From Camelus ferus (lineage: Eukaryota): a DNA stretch of 64,000 bases. The stretch spans positions 78,990,001 to 79,054,000 of the forward strand of contig NC_045696.1 of NCBI RefSeq assembly GCF_009834535.1, written 5' to 3'. The notes beneath the pieces were generated by a model, which had not been told where the DNA came from, made no database searches, and saw only the letters and a list, made by a program, of their open reading frames with translations. Shown here in pieces: positions 38,701 to 50,078 of the stretch (the first letter of the stretch is position 1; every line of letters starts with the position of its first letter). The position numbers and the translations under genes were made by a program.

Positions 38701-40799
38701 TGCTATACATTCAACCAAATGTGGAGAAATAAATTAAAGTTTTCATGAGGATTTCCAAAATACTGAAAATAATCTTTTAGGCTTCACTGCTACCTATATG
38801 GACTTCTAGAAGGAAGAGAACTGAAGCAAAGAATCAGTGTCTTAATCCAAAGGAAGTTATTTCAAGGTTTAGAATTTTCTACTAGTGGAAGAAATGACTT
38901 TAGGTAAATCTCGTCCGCTCTATGCTCAAAAGATATGCTCTTAAACGTTCATCCTGACACTATTCAGATATTCTAAAGTGGCCTTGCCTTCTTAGAACTC
39001 TGAAATTCTATCTTTTAAAATTTATTGAAATGTATGCAGCAAAACTCTTAGTTAATCTTCATGAAATAAAATGCTAAAATATGTATAGGTTGTACATAAA
39101 ATTTATGATTGATTAGAATATTGTTATTGAAATGGTATTAAAGGAATATCCCCTATATCCCTAATATAATTGTATATGATTTCTTCATTTGAAAAGAAAA
39201 AAGGGTGGGGAGTTGGATTAAACATTTTCTAGTCCTAGCTCTAATAATCCATGCTTCTGGAACTCATTAAACCGAAAATTTTATTTTTTATTGATTTGTT
39301 TTCTCTTGAGACTCTCATTGAATAGTTAAGTTATATGCTCTAAATTAATATCATACAAACATAACGTAAGGAATTATTTAGGCAATGGAACCATTTGACA
39401 CAGATGAAATTACATATAAGAAGGCAGGTGTTATTCATAACCACTCACTTTATTAAGAAGGGAGTATTATACCCCTTACATTCGGAGCAGCAATACATCT
39501 TAATGTCTTCAATTTGGGTCATTTATGTTTCACATGTACTACACAGGTGTATTAATAGTGGTAATGATTCACTCATCTATTCCCCAGTCGCTCATATACC
39601 ATTAGCATCTTCATAGCTGTTCTGGTCATGAACTCATTTCGGACTCTCTGGTCAGTTCTTCCTGTGGGGCTCCCAAACCAAGCCTTAACTCATTCCTTTA
39701 TGCTACAGCAGCCACACTGATACCCTTGCCTCTGTCACCCACAGTGTCGGCTTTGTCTGTTCCTGCCCTGGACTGCCAACACTGTGGGAAGCAATTAGAC
39801 AGCATTATAGAACCAACCAGCCTCACATTTCTGTTGCCTAATTTTAACTCAGATCCTACCACTGAACCACAATGCTTTATCCTGGCATCAGCACTCTTGA
39901 TCCCACCACTTCTGTAGTTTTACTCTTACGAGTTGTGAATGTTTAACTTTCCCGATCCTATAACCAGACCTAACCTATATATAAGATACTGAAAAGCAGA
40001 AAATTAACTCTATACTCTTGGACATTCTTAGCATGGTTTCTCAACAAAGGCATGTGCTTAATAAGTAACTGAATGAACTAAGAATATTTCTTACCTGCTT
40101 GCCAGATTCACATTTTCAAATGTCCATCTGACATCTTCTTAGGTAAATTAGGCTACAATTAAGCATTCATCACCTCCTTTCTAATTGGTTCCATTTCTCT
40201 ACAAACCCATGTCCTTCAATATCCTACCAACATTTTACTGTTTTCAGGTTCAAATAATCAGCCATCTTTTTAAGAAATTCTAATCAAATGATACAGTAAC
40301 AGAAAACTGAAAGCTGCCTCAAAGCCTGTTATTTTCCCATGTGGTCACCAAGAAAGTCAGAAGTTTTCCTATTTTAGAGTTTCATTAAAAAGAAAAATGC
40401 AGGTCTTAGCCATGCCCCTTACTCTTAATGAGTACATCAACTTCATAGTAATTTATCAGTTTATATGTTTAGCCATTCCAGACATTCTAATAAAATACTT
40501 TCTCAAATTAATGACCTGATATTTAACATACAAACTTTTATATTAAAATGCCAGGGATTGTGAGGTGCATGTTATAAATTATCTGGCAAGTAATAACCAA
40601 TGACAATGCATATGGTACTTTTATCTTCAGTTTAACAAAAAAATCTTAGGCAGAAATTGTCTAAGTTCTCTTTAATTCCACCTTTCATAGTCTTAGTTTT
40701 CCGTTAGACTTGCAGAAAACTCAGACTTCCACACTGCTTCTAACCACCTCCCAAGTCATCATTCTATGTTCATTTGTCCGTATCATACCACCACCATAA

Positions 40800-41560
40800 T
40801 AACAACAACTAATATTTATGTACTGATCGATTACTGAATGCCAAGCTTAGTATTGTACATTAGCAGTCTCATTTAATCCTCACAAGTACCCTACAGGAAG
40901 GTTCTATTGTTGTTTCCATTTTACAAATGAGGATACGGACATTTGGTGATGTTTAAGTCTCTCAACCCAGGTCACACAAGTAGTAAGCTTTAGAGCTGGA
41001 ACTCAAAACCTGTTCTTTCTGTCTCCAAATCCTATGTGAAGGGGAGCAAAATATGCCACCCAAGACATGCCACTTTGGCATATTTATTATTTTGAATTAA
41101 AGTTACTTTAAGAAACAGCAGGTGCCAGAAGGACGCTCTGACCCTCCTTTGTCCCCCTGAAAGCAGGAAATAAATCTCCCATGTGAAAGGGACCCTCCCT
41201 GTACCAGGAGGTAAGGAGACATCTATATCACCAGAGACAGGGAATTCAGGGCCAAGAGGGCTGAACAGACGAGCCTTGTTACTTCCTCACTAACTAGCTA
41301 TCCAAAGCCCAAACATTTTGTTTTGTCAATTCAGCACAAATTTATTGTTTCTTTGCCTAAAAGGTATAAAAACTACTTGCTTTGGTCACTTCTTTGAGTC
41401 TCATATCTTGGTAGGGTTACCACACGTAAAAAATTAAGTTTGTTTTACTCCTGTCAATGTGTCTTATGTCAATTTAATTATTAGGCCAGCCAAAGAATCT
41501 AGAAAGGAAGAAGGGAAAAGTTTTCCTCCCCTTCACGTGTTAATAGCCACTCTAGTATAC
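40800..41560 (-). mobile_element. MIR split by an LTR insertion at 41037-41535
   Basis: tctcatttaatcctcacaa...cattttacaaatgagg...ggtcacacaagtagtaag; the remainder (gccactctagtatac) follows the LTR. Confidence 0.8.
41037..41535 (+). mobile_element. ERV1 solo LTR, MER34-like
   Basis: Perfect 10-bp terminal inverted repeats TGAAGGGGAG...CTCCCCTTCA; aatatgccaccc...tttggcat MER34-type start; internal tataaaaa; degenerate 4-bp TSD tatg/cgtg. Confidence 0.85.
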
Positions 41561-41899
41561 AGCTTTTTCAGAAATAAGAAGAATGAGCTTCAAACTACTT
41601 TCTGGTTGCTCATCTGACACACTGAGATGGTTTCTTTATCATCTCTTGACTTCCAGGCCTAAAACCATGTAGACAGGTGCATAATCAATGAGCTCCCTAC
41701 ATTGTCCGCTGTGTGGTCCAGTTTCACATCTCCACGCACTACTATCAACTCAGTTGATTGCATTTCTCCTTCATCCAACCTTAATGTATTCACTTGGTAC
41801 CAGAAAATATATGTTTAGATAACATGAGTTTTATTTTTACCAAATATAGGAAGAAAGTGTGTGACACACATGTCGTTGGTATCTTAGGGGTCTGATAGC

Positions 41900-42590
41900 T
41901 TCCTTCATGTGCCACATTTATATAAACAGGATGTCTCATTAATTACTTCTTCAAACTATCTCACAGGAGATTCCCTTCCTCTTCATTTCCATGGTCGTCA
42001 TTTGTCTGGTCACTGCAATAACCTCTAACTTGTCTCCCTCATCTGGCCTCTTCCCCTCGAATCTGGCCTGTGCCCAGTGATCAGTTACGTTTCCAAAACA
42101 CCACTCTGACCATTCTACATCCAGGCTCACAAACTGCAGGACAGACTTTCAGTGCTTCAGTCGATCATTCAAGGCAATCAAGTTCTCCCTAATTATTTTA
42201 ACTTACCTCCCTGTGAGGTTCTGCTACAGATAACATATTACTTATTCCATGCATTATGCAAACACACACTTATTCTGGCCTCGATATCATGTAGCCTCTT
42301 CCAGCTTTTCATGAAAGATTCAACTCCATTCTTTATACCTCTCCAAACCCTGTGCAAATCTCTTGTCTTCGAACATGAGTCCCTCCTATGAAACTTACTT
42401 ATCCTCCTTAACTCCACCCCACAGTTCAACACAGAATCACATACAGATATACACGTATGGACAGCAATAACTCTCTTCTCCCCACCAGCTCATTTCTCTC
42501 TATACCTGGCATGTTATAGGTGTAACTAAACATCTAGTACCACTCCATCCCCACATACCTTAATGTGGAGTATACTTGCTGTTCAACAAA
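41900..42590 (+). mobile_element. L2 3' region
   Basis: cactgcaataacctctaacttgtctccc...tcctatgaaactt... with a degenerate L2 terminus. Confidence 0.6.
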
Positions 42591-45101
42591 ATGCTTTCAG
42601 TTTGATTTTTTACATTAAAAATTAAAAATGCATTTTTACTCCACATATTATCTTAGATAAGCATAAACTTTAAAAGCCTGCAAATAAAGTCAGTCAGTCT
42701 AAGGTGAACATTTCTGATAAGCAACTACTGTTTTGCTAATTCTGAGTGAGAAATGGACTTACCAGGTTCAAATCAAGTACATGTGTGGTTTAGAAAGGGA
42801 GGAAGAAGAAGTCAGAATATTTAGCAGACCGGGCTCATGGTAGCAGGCTGGGACAGACTTGATTTCCAACGGACGTTGACATATTTCACATAACGTTTGC
42901 ATCCCATACAACGTCTTCACTGTGCTTCCTAACTTGTCCTCAAGCGAGGGCCCTAGAGTGCTTAGACACAGCAGGCAGCCACTGCACAGTGACCCTGGAG
43001 AAGCTCTGAAAGGCCACCCGACTCAGAAACCCTTTCCCTCTCAGCTATTTTCACAGTGCCTGAAATGCCAATTTCCAGTAGTCAAAGCAAGGAAGCCCAG
43101 TTAAAATGCAAATGCACATACACTGCTAAAGAAATGATGCAAGGAGGAAGAAAAAGTATTCCAACCTCCCCTACTTCCCAGGTCTGCTCCAGGCCAGCCT
43201 GCTGAGAGGAAATCCCAGATAGCTTCAAAGTAAAGAACAAGGGTGTGCTTTTCAGGACTTCTGCGTCCTGATTCTCAAAACAATTCTCTGTACATGAACA
43301 GTCTCCATTTACTTTCTTTAATATTTATGTCCTTTTGAATGTTTCCCCAAGTGCCCCAAACTATTTTCTTCAAATAGATGAATTTGATTATCCCATTTCT
43401 TAGAGGGTGTCCAAGTTTAGATGTGTGGGGGCCCTGGCACAGAGGGTAACAGATGACTTAAACTAGGCAACAGAGCTGGTCTGCACAGATTCGTAACAAA
43501 TTTGCCAAACAAAATTCCTCTGGTAGAACATTGTGTGCCCACCAGAGCAGGGAAGACCTGAGAATAATTATTTTCACAGAAATCTACTCAGATCTGCTAC
43601 TTTAATCCAATTAAAACTTTATCTAACTCTGTAATGTCACCACGGAGAAAAGTAACACTGACTTTCCATGTGGACTTTAAAGTTGCATTTTCTAAACAAA
43701 CACCATTATAAATCTCTTCTCTAATTTAAAACAGAAGAAAATCAATTCCAGATATTGAATTTGCAATCATTGATCTATTGTTTCTGAATACTCAGTAGAA
43801 GTAAAAGTTAGGACAGTTAAGACTGCCTCTATAGTCAGTAAAAATGCACCCCCAAAACATATTCTTGTTTTACTTAATTCCCATTTGTCCTATGATTAAT
43901 TTAATGAGGCTTGGGAGGTAGGAAGGTAAATTTATCATATTTATTTCAGTCTCTCAGCAACAGAAGAAAAAAGATTAAGATCTGCCAACTCTGACGACTT
44001 TAAACATAGTATCATTATTTACCTATTTTCCTTTGTGATTATGTTTTTGATTTTTTTCCCTTTATCTGAAGGAGTTACTTAACACAACTTCTTTCGGTGA
44101 AACAGTGAAACAGCTATAAGGTGCATCAAGCAAAGAACTCAGGAATACAGGGAAGGAAAAGGATTTTAGATCAAGCGTGTCAAGTAAGTTTCTTCATGTT
44201 ACTACTATTTTTATCACCCAGACTATCACAATCAGAAAAATACATTAGTTTCAGTGAGAAATCTTGAAGAACTTACTTTCTGCCAAATCTTTCTTCTATC
44301 AAACACCAGGCCAGTTATTCGAGCAGATTGTTGGCTCTGAATTTTTGGGTTTGGGTCATAATTTCCAACACAAACAAGTCATTCACATAGGAAGTCTGGC
44401 CAAAACATACTTTATTCACAGCAAGAACCAATTTAAGGTTAGCACTTAAAGAATTTAAAGAGAAAGGGTGTCACAGAATCATGATTCTACCTCCAGGTCG
44501 TGTGAGACACCTTTGTTGACAAGACACTAGTTACTCCATCATAGTAGAACTGTCTGCAACCTAAAAACAACTAAAATTATGAGATGCACATACATATACA
44601 CGCAGAGATTTGCTCCACAATCCATCTAAAAACTGTATTTTTAGTTGTATGATAGATGGAACATCTTGCTCAATAGGGAAAACTAAGTAAGAAAAGACAC
44701 TTTTAAAAAGGATACTCAGCTTTGGAATAAGTTGACAGGTTACTTACATATATAAAATAAATTGACTGGATGTCAAAACCCTATCTTGACATAAATTCAC
44801 TTTTTTCCTTTGAGCCAGATAATTCTGGAATATTTTAATGTAAAAAGTCCATTATTTTCAAGTTACTTTAGTTACTAGATCATCTGTTCTAAATAAGGGG
44901 GATGAAGAAAAAAAGATACAGAATAAACTGCCTCTGCAAAATTGTATTAGTGAGACCATGAATAATTACTCTAAGAATCATTTGTATAGTGGTGAAGTTG
45001 GCATTAAGTCTATTGCAATAGCCCTTTTAAGATCTCAAAAATGTCATTAAGCTATCCAGCTATTCAAATTTGTTTTAAAAATATACTTTTACAAAGCCAA
45101 G

Positions 45102-45681
45102 TGTATTAGTTATTTCATGATGCAACAAAGTAACCCAAAACTTCATGGCTTAAAACAATATTTATTATTTCATTGTTTCTATGGGTCTCAGATTTTGGTG
45201 TAGCTTAGCTGGGTCCTCTGGCTCAGAGTCTTTAAAAAGACTGCAGTCAAGGTATGGACCAGGGCTGCAGTCATCTTAAGGCTCAGCTAGGGTTTGGGTC
45301 TGCTTCCCAGCTCATTCATGTGGTTGTTGGCAGGATTCAGTTTGTCCAGGTTTGTTGAACTGAGGGCCTCATTTCTCTCTGGCCATTGGTCAAAGGCTGC
45401 CCGAGGTCTTCACCTCATGGACCTCTCCAGAGGGAAGCTCACAACACAGCAGCTGGCTTCCTCAGACCAAGTAAGTGAGAAGAGCTGGGCGTTTGAGTGG
45501 AGGAGAATAAGGACAAGACAAAAGTTACTGTCTTCTATAACCTCATCACAGTAGCCATAGTCTCTTCTCTAGAAGAGAGTCAGTCGGGATTGTGCTCACA
45601 CACAAGGGGAGGGGGTTACACCAGAGTGTGAGTATGAGGACGTGGGATCACCACAAGCCACTGCAGAAGAAGCCTACCACA
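45102..45681 (-). mobile_element. MLT1-family (ERVL-MaLR) solo LTR
   Basis: tgtattagttat...ggcttaaaacaa...gcttagctgggtcctctggctcag...cctaccaca, the reverse of an LTR starting TGTGGTAGGC. Confidence 0.85.
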
Positions 45682-46109
45682 TGACGCAGAGGGATTTAAA
45701 GTAATGTCTTAAAATGCTTAAATCACGCCTGAATCATTCTTCCACACCAAGAAAAATCTCTCTTTCAGAAGTCAAGGCTTGGTTATGTATTTTAAGAATA
45801 TTTTCCAAATATATTTCAGAAGACAAGATTAAATAACTGACAAATAATAAATGAAGACTTTGTCATAAAATTAAAAAAAATAAGTCTAGGGCTATATATT
45901 GTATTTATTAATAAAACAGATATCTCATTAAATATGCAGCTTTCTTTGAAAACACTTTAAAATGCTTTTTATATAATATAACCAAAGCTAACATTTTTAT
46001 AGTACTTATCACTCCTTTAAGTATTTTATGTATGTATGACGTGGATATGTACATACGTGTCCATATATATGTATATATATGATGTATGTATGGACATATG
46101 CACACATAC

Positions 46110-46290
46110 ATCTATATCCTCATAACACCCATACAGACAGGTATTGTAATTAAACTTGCTCAAAACTAAGACATAGAGATGTCAAGTAATTTGTCTAAAA
46201 TTACATAGTAAGTAAGTAAGAAAGTCAAGATTCAAACTCTAACTATGAATCTGGCTCCAGAATTCATGTTATTAATTATTATCCTATACA
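46110..46290 (-). mobile_element. MIR
   Basis: aaactaagacatagagatgtcaagtaatttg...ctggctccagaattcatg. Confidence 0.6.
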
Positions 46291-46559
46291 TTCATCAAAT
46301 TAAGGTGGTGGGTTAATACTCGGAATTATTTTCCTTTTCTTCTTTCTAATCTCCCATCTCTCAAGTACCTATTCATTAACTAATGTATCTAAAAATAGTT
46401 TATACCTACTAAATTCCACCACTGTGTTAGGAGTAAAGTCTTGTCTTTATGTCTTTCCAAAATGTTTTTCTTGGGATCTTCCCTTATTTGTTACTTTTTT
46501 ATCATTAAAATGTGTCCTGTTATTAGTACTTTAGAATCTGCTATTACCTTTACTCCCTT

Positions 46560-47025
46560 TTTATTATTAAAGCTTTTCAAACTATAGAAAAGTTGAAAGA
46601 CTAATGAATACCTATTTCTTAAATTCACCAACTATTAACATTTTTACCACAATCTCTCTTAATATCTCTCTCTCTCACACACACACTCATGCACACGCAC
46701 ACATTATTGTTTTGCCAAGCTATTTGATAATAAATTTTATTACTTCTTTTAAAATAGTAGAACCTCACAACAACATAGTTTCATTTATTCTCTTATCCTT
46801 CGTGCTATTTTTCTCACATATTTTATACTTACATATGGAATAAATCCCACAGTACATTATTTTTGACAGAAATTTTTTAAAGAAATAAGAAAATAAAAAG
46901 TGATTATTTCTTCTAAAAGTGATTATCTCTTCTATATACCCCCCAGTTTATCATTTCCATACCCTCCATTCTTTTCTGTAGATCAGAGTTTCCACTGGGG
47001 TCATTTCCCTTAGCATCAAAACTAT

Positions 47026-47072
<47 letters not shown>

Positions 47073-48000
47073 TTTTTTCATTTCTTGTAGTATAAGTCTG
47101 CTAATGATGAATTCTGACTGTTGTTATTTATGTAAAAATGTATTTATTTAACCCATACTTTTGGAAGATGTTATCACTAGAAATAAAATCCTGGGTTCAA
47201 TTTTTCCTTCCTTTCAACACTTTTGAGATACCATTCCATCCTCATCCGTACTCTGCCATGGTGCATGTCGTTTTCCCGTGTAGTGATATTTTACCTCCTT
47301 TGGTTGCTTTCAGGGCTTTCTCTTTAACATTGGATTTTAGCAGCTTGCCGAAGATGTATCTGAATGTGTTTCTCTTTCTGTTTATCCCATCTAGTATTGA
47401 CTGAAACTCTTGAATCCATAACTTAGTATCTTTAAACAAACCTGGTAAGCATTCAACTTATTTTTTCAAAAAAAATTTCTGCTCCATTTTTTCCCTCTAC
47501 TCTTTTCCGGACTCATATTACACGTAACTAAATCACTTAACATTGTCTCCCAAGTTACTGAGACGCTTCACTTTTTTTCAAGTGTGTCCTGTTTTCTTTG
47601 GATTGAGTACCCTCTATTGGTCTGTCTTCAAGTTCACTAACTTTTTCCTGTGCAGTCTCCAATTTTCTTTTAAGCCTATCATTGATTTTTAAAATTTCAG
47701 ATATTATAATGTTTAGCCCTATATTTTTCATTTGGCTCATTATAGTTTCTAATTCTCTGCTGAGATTTCTCCACAGATTTATTTACTGTGAACACTCTTT
47801 CTTTTAAATCCTTGAATATATTTATAATAGTGGCCTTAAAGTCCTTTTCTACAAGCTTCAAAATGTGAATCACCCAAACTTTGTTTATATTAACTGCTAT
47901 TTTGTTGACTGAGTCATGCTTTCCTGATTCTTCACATATCTAACATATTTTTAAATTTTTCTGTTAAACATTAGGGATGATATTATTGCTGGGAACTTGT
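46560..48000 (-). mobile_element. Old L1M fragments including the ORF1 region
   Basis: Minus ORFs 47242-47439 (IQEFQ...RYIFGKLLKSNVKEKALKA) and 47555-47740 (RKLETAQEKVSELEDR) resemble L1 ORF1p. Confidence 0.8.
47023..47074. repeat. (TATT)13 microsatellite
   Basis: Perfect tetranucleotide run inside the L1M. Confidence 0.97.
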
Positions 48001-48199
48001 ATTTGTCAACATAAACAATGTTGAACTTTACTTTTTTCAATTCACAATATGTCATAGAAACTATTCTATATCTTTAAACTGAAATACTTCTCATTATTTC
48101 CCAGTGTTACATAGTATTCTACTGTGTGAATGTATTATAGTCTGTGCACCCTGTTTCCTAGAGAATTACCTAATTTTCTAATCTATTTTCAATGAGTCA

Positions 48200-49215
48200 G
48201 GCAAAGAGCTTCATAATTTTTAGTTTTTTTCTCTTTATGTATAATAATACTTTATTTCCTTCTATTTTTTATTCTCCCTATTTTTCTTGATACAGTAGAC
48301 AGTGGCTTGTTTAATTTACTGATGTGTCAAAACACCAACATTTGATGTGTCTTATTTCTACTGTTTTTCTCTTTTCTATTTAATTAACTTCAGTCCATTT
48401 CTTCATTATTTACTTCCTTCTGGTGGTTTTGCTTTTTTAAGCTTGATTTGTTGTTGTTTCTACCTTTATGGGCTGAGAAATTAATTCCTTTATATGATTA
48501 TTTCATGTTTATTGATATAAATATTTAAGGTTATACATTTTTCTCCTATCATTGCTTTATTTGTATCACATAGATTTAAATATGTGAAGCCTTAGTACTA
48601 ATTTTTGGAAATTCTGATATTAGGGTTTCCTCAGGAGTTGTTTAGTAGAGAATTCTGATATTTCCAGGTTGAAAAGTCTTTTTAAATCAATATCTAGTTC
48701 TGTTGTGTATTGATAAGAAAATGCTGGCATTATTGAAACTTTATAACATACTAAGATTTTCTTTATAACTTAATAAATGGTCAAATTTTATGAATGCTCC
48801 AAGTGCATCTGTGAAGAATCTATATGTTCTATTATGATGTACATTCAATATATATTTATATTACCTACCTTATTGATTATGCTATTTAGTTCTTCTATAT
48901 CTATTTCATCTTGTCCTATCTTAGAGTGAGATTGATATACACTTTACCTTTGAAAAACAGGGGGGGTTAGGGATGCCAACCCTCTGCACAGTTGAAAATA
49001 CATGTATAGCTTACAGTCAACCATCCATACCCATAGTTCCTCATTACCCGAGGTTTCTCCATATCCATATTTTCTCTGCATGTGCAGATTCAACCAACTA
49101 CGGATTGCAAAGTACTCTAGTGTTTACTATTAGAAAAAATTCTAGCATATAAGAGAACCCAGGCATTTCAAGCCCACGTTATTCAAGGGTCAACTGTATT
49201 AAAATCTTCTACTTT
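48200..49215 (-). mobile_element. Old L1M ORF2-region remnant, interrupted by a Tigger MITE
   Basis: T-rich antisense L1 text, e.g. tggtcaaattttatgaatgctccaagtgcatctgtgaagaat. Confidence 0.6.
48940..49196. mobile_element. MER8/Tigger2-family TcMar MITE
   Basis: Right TIR ttcaagggtcaactg, degenerate left TIR cactttacctttgaa, TA target site on both sides (48938-48939 and 49197-49198). Confidence 0.85.
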
Positions 49216-49339
49216 GCCCTGCCATTTTAAGTTTGCAACGTTACAAATTAAAATGAAAGATCTATGCCTTTCAGAAGAATCTGCACGCTCATCTGTTAAA
49301 AAATTTCTTGGTGTGATCAACCTTACCTGTCTCTTAACT

Positions 49340-50078
49340 CATCCTGAGATATCTCCCTGAAATTCATACTCTTATAGTAGACTTCCTTGTCATTCCCTTT
49401 CAGACCATCTTACTGATACAATTTTTACTCCTGCTCCTTGGATTGACTTTCCTTGCCCAGCAAACTCCAATTCATCTATCAAAACCGCTTCTTCTTCCTC
49501 TACTTTCTCTCTTCAGTGAAGTCTTCCCAATCCACTTAGGAAGCTAATTAGTCACTCCCCTCTAGGTTTCTAAAAGCATGATGCAGTTTTTTTTAAGTAT
49601 ATATCATTATGAATTGTAATGATTTTATTTACTCTCTTTTTCTATTGTCTCCTTTATTTGGCAGTAAGCTCTTTGATGGGCAAGGAGCTTGCCTTTTTAA
49701 CTTTTATATCTGAAGAGTCTCATACAGTGTGTGGCACACAGAAGATCCTCAATAAATATTTGGTATATGATGAACCAATTAGCTCTAACAGACCTGAATA
49801 CTTTCTGAATGCCATACCCTTAAGTTATCTCACTTATTTCTCACAATCACCCTGATTTCCTATATTTAGCAAAGTACCCTTTTGACAAAGATTCTACTTG
49901 CTATACATACAATTGTACAATTCCACTATATACATTACCATATTGGACTGCAACTATTTTCCTATATATCTGGTTCTCTACTTGATAATAAGCTCTTCTC
50001 TCAGGGGAAACTTACTGTAGCCTAGTATAGAACAATTGCAAAGAAACTGTTTGTTGGACAAGTGAATGAATGAATAAA
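49340..50078 (+). mobile_element. Tandem L2 3' ends
   Basis: acagtgtgtggcacacagaagatcctcaataaatatttg (~49725-49762) and a second end tgaatgaatgaat (~50063-50075). Confidence 0.7.

Noticed and set aside
46896..46934. 19-bp tandem duplication
   Set aside because: Ordinary slippage duplication within old L1 sequence.
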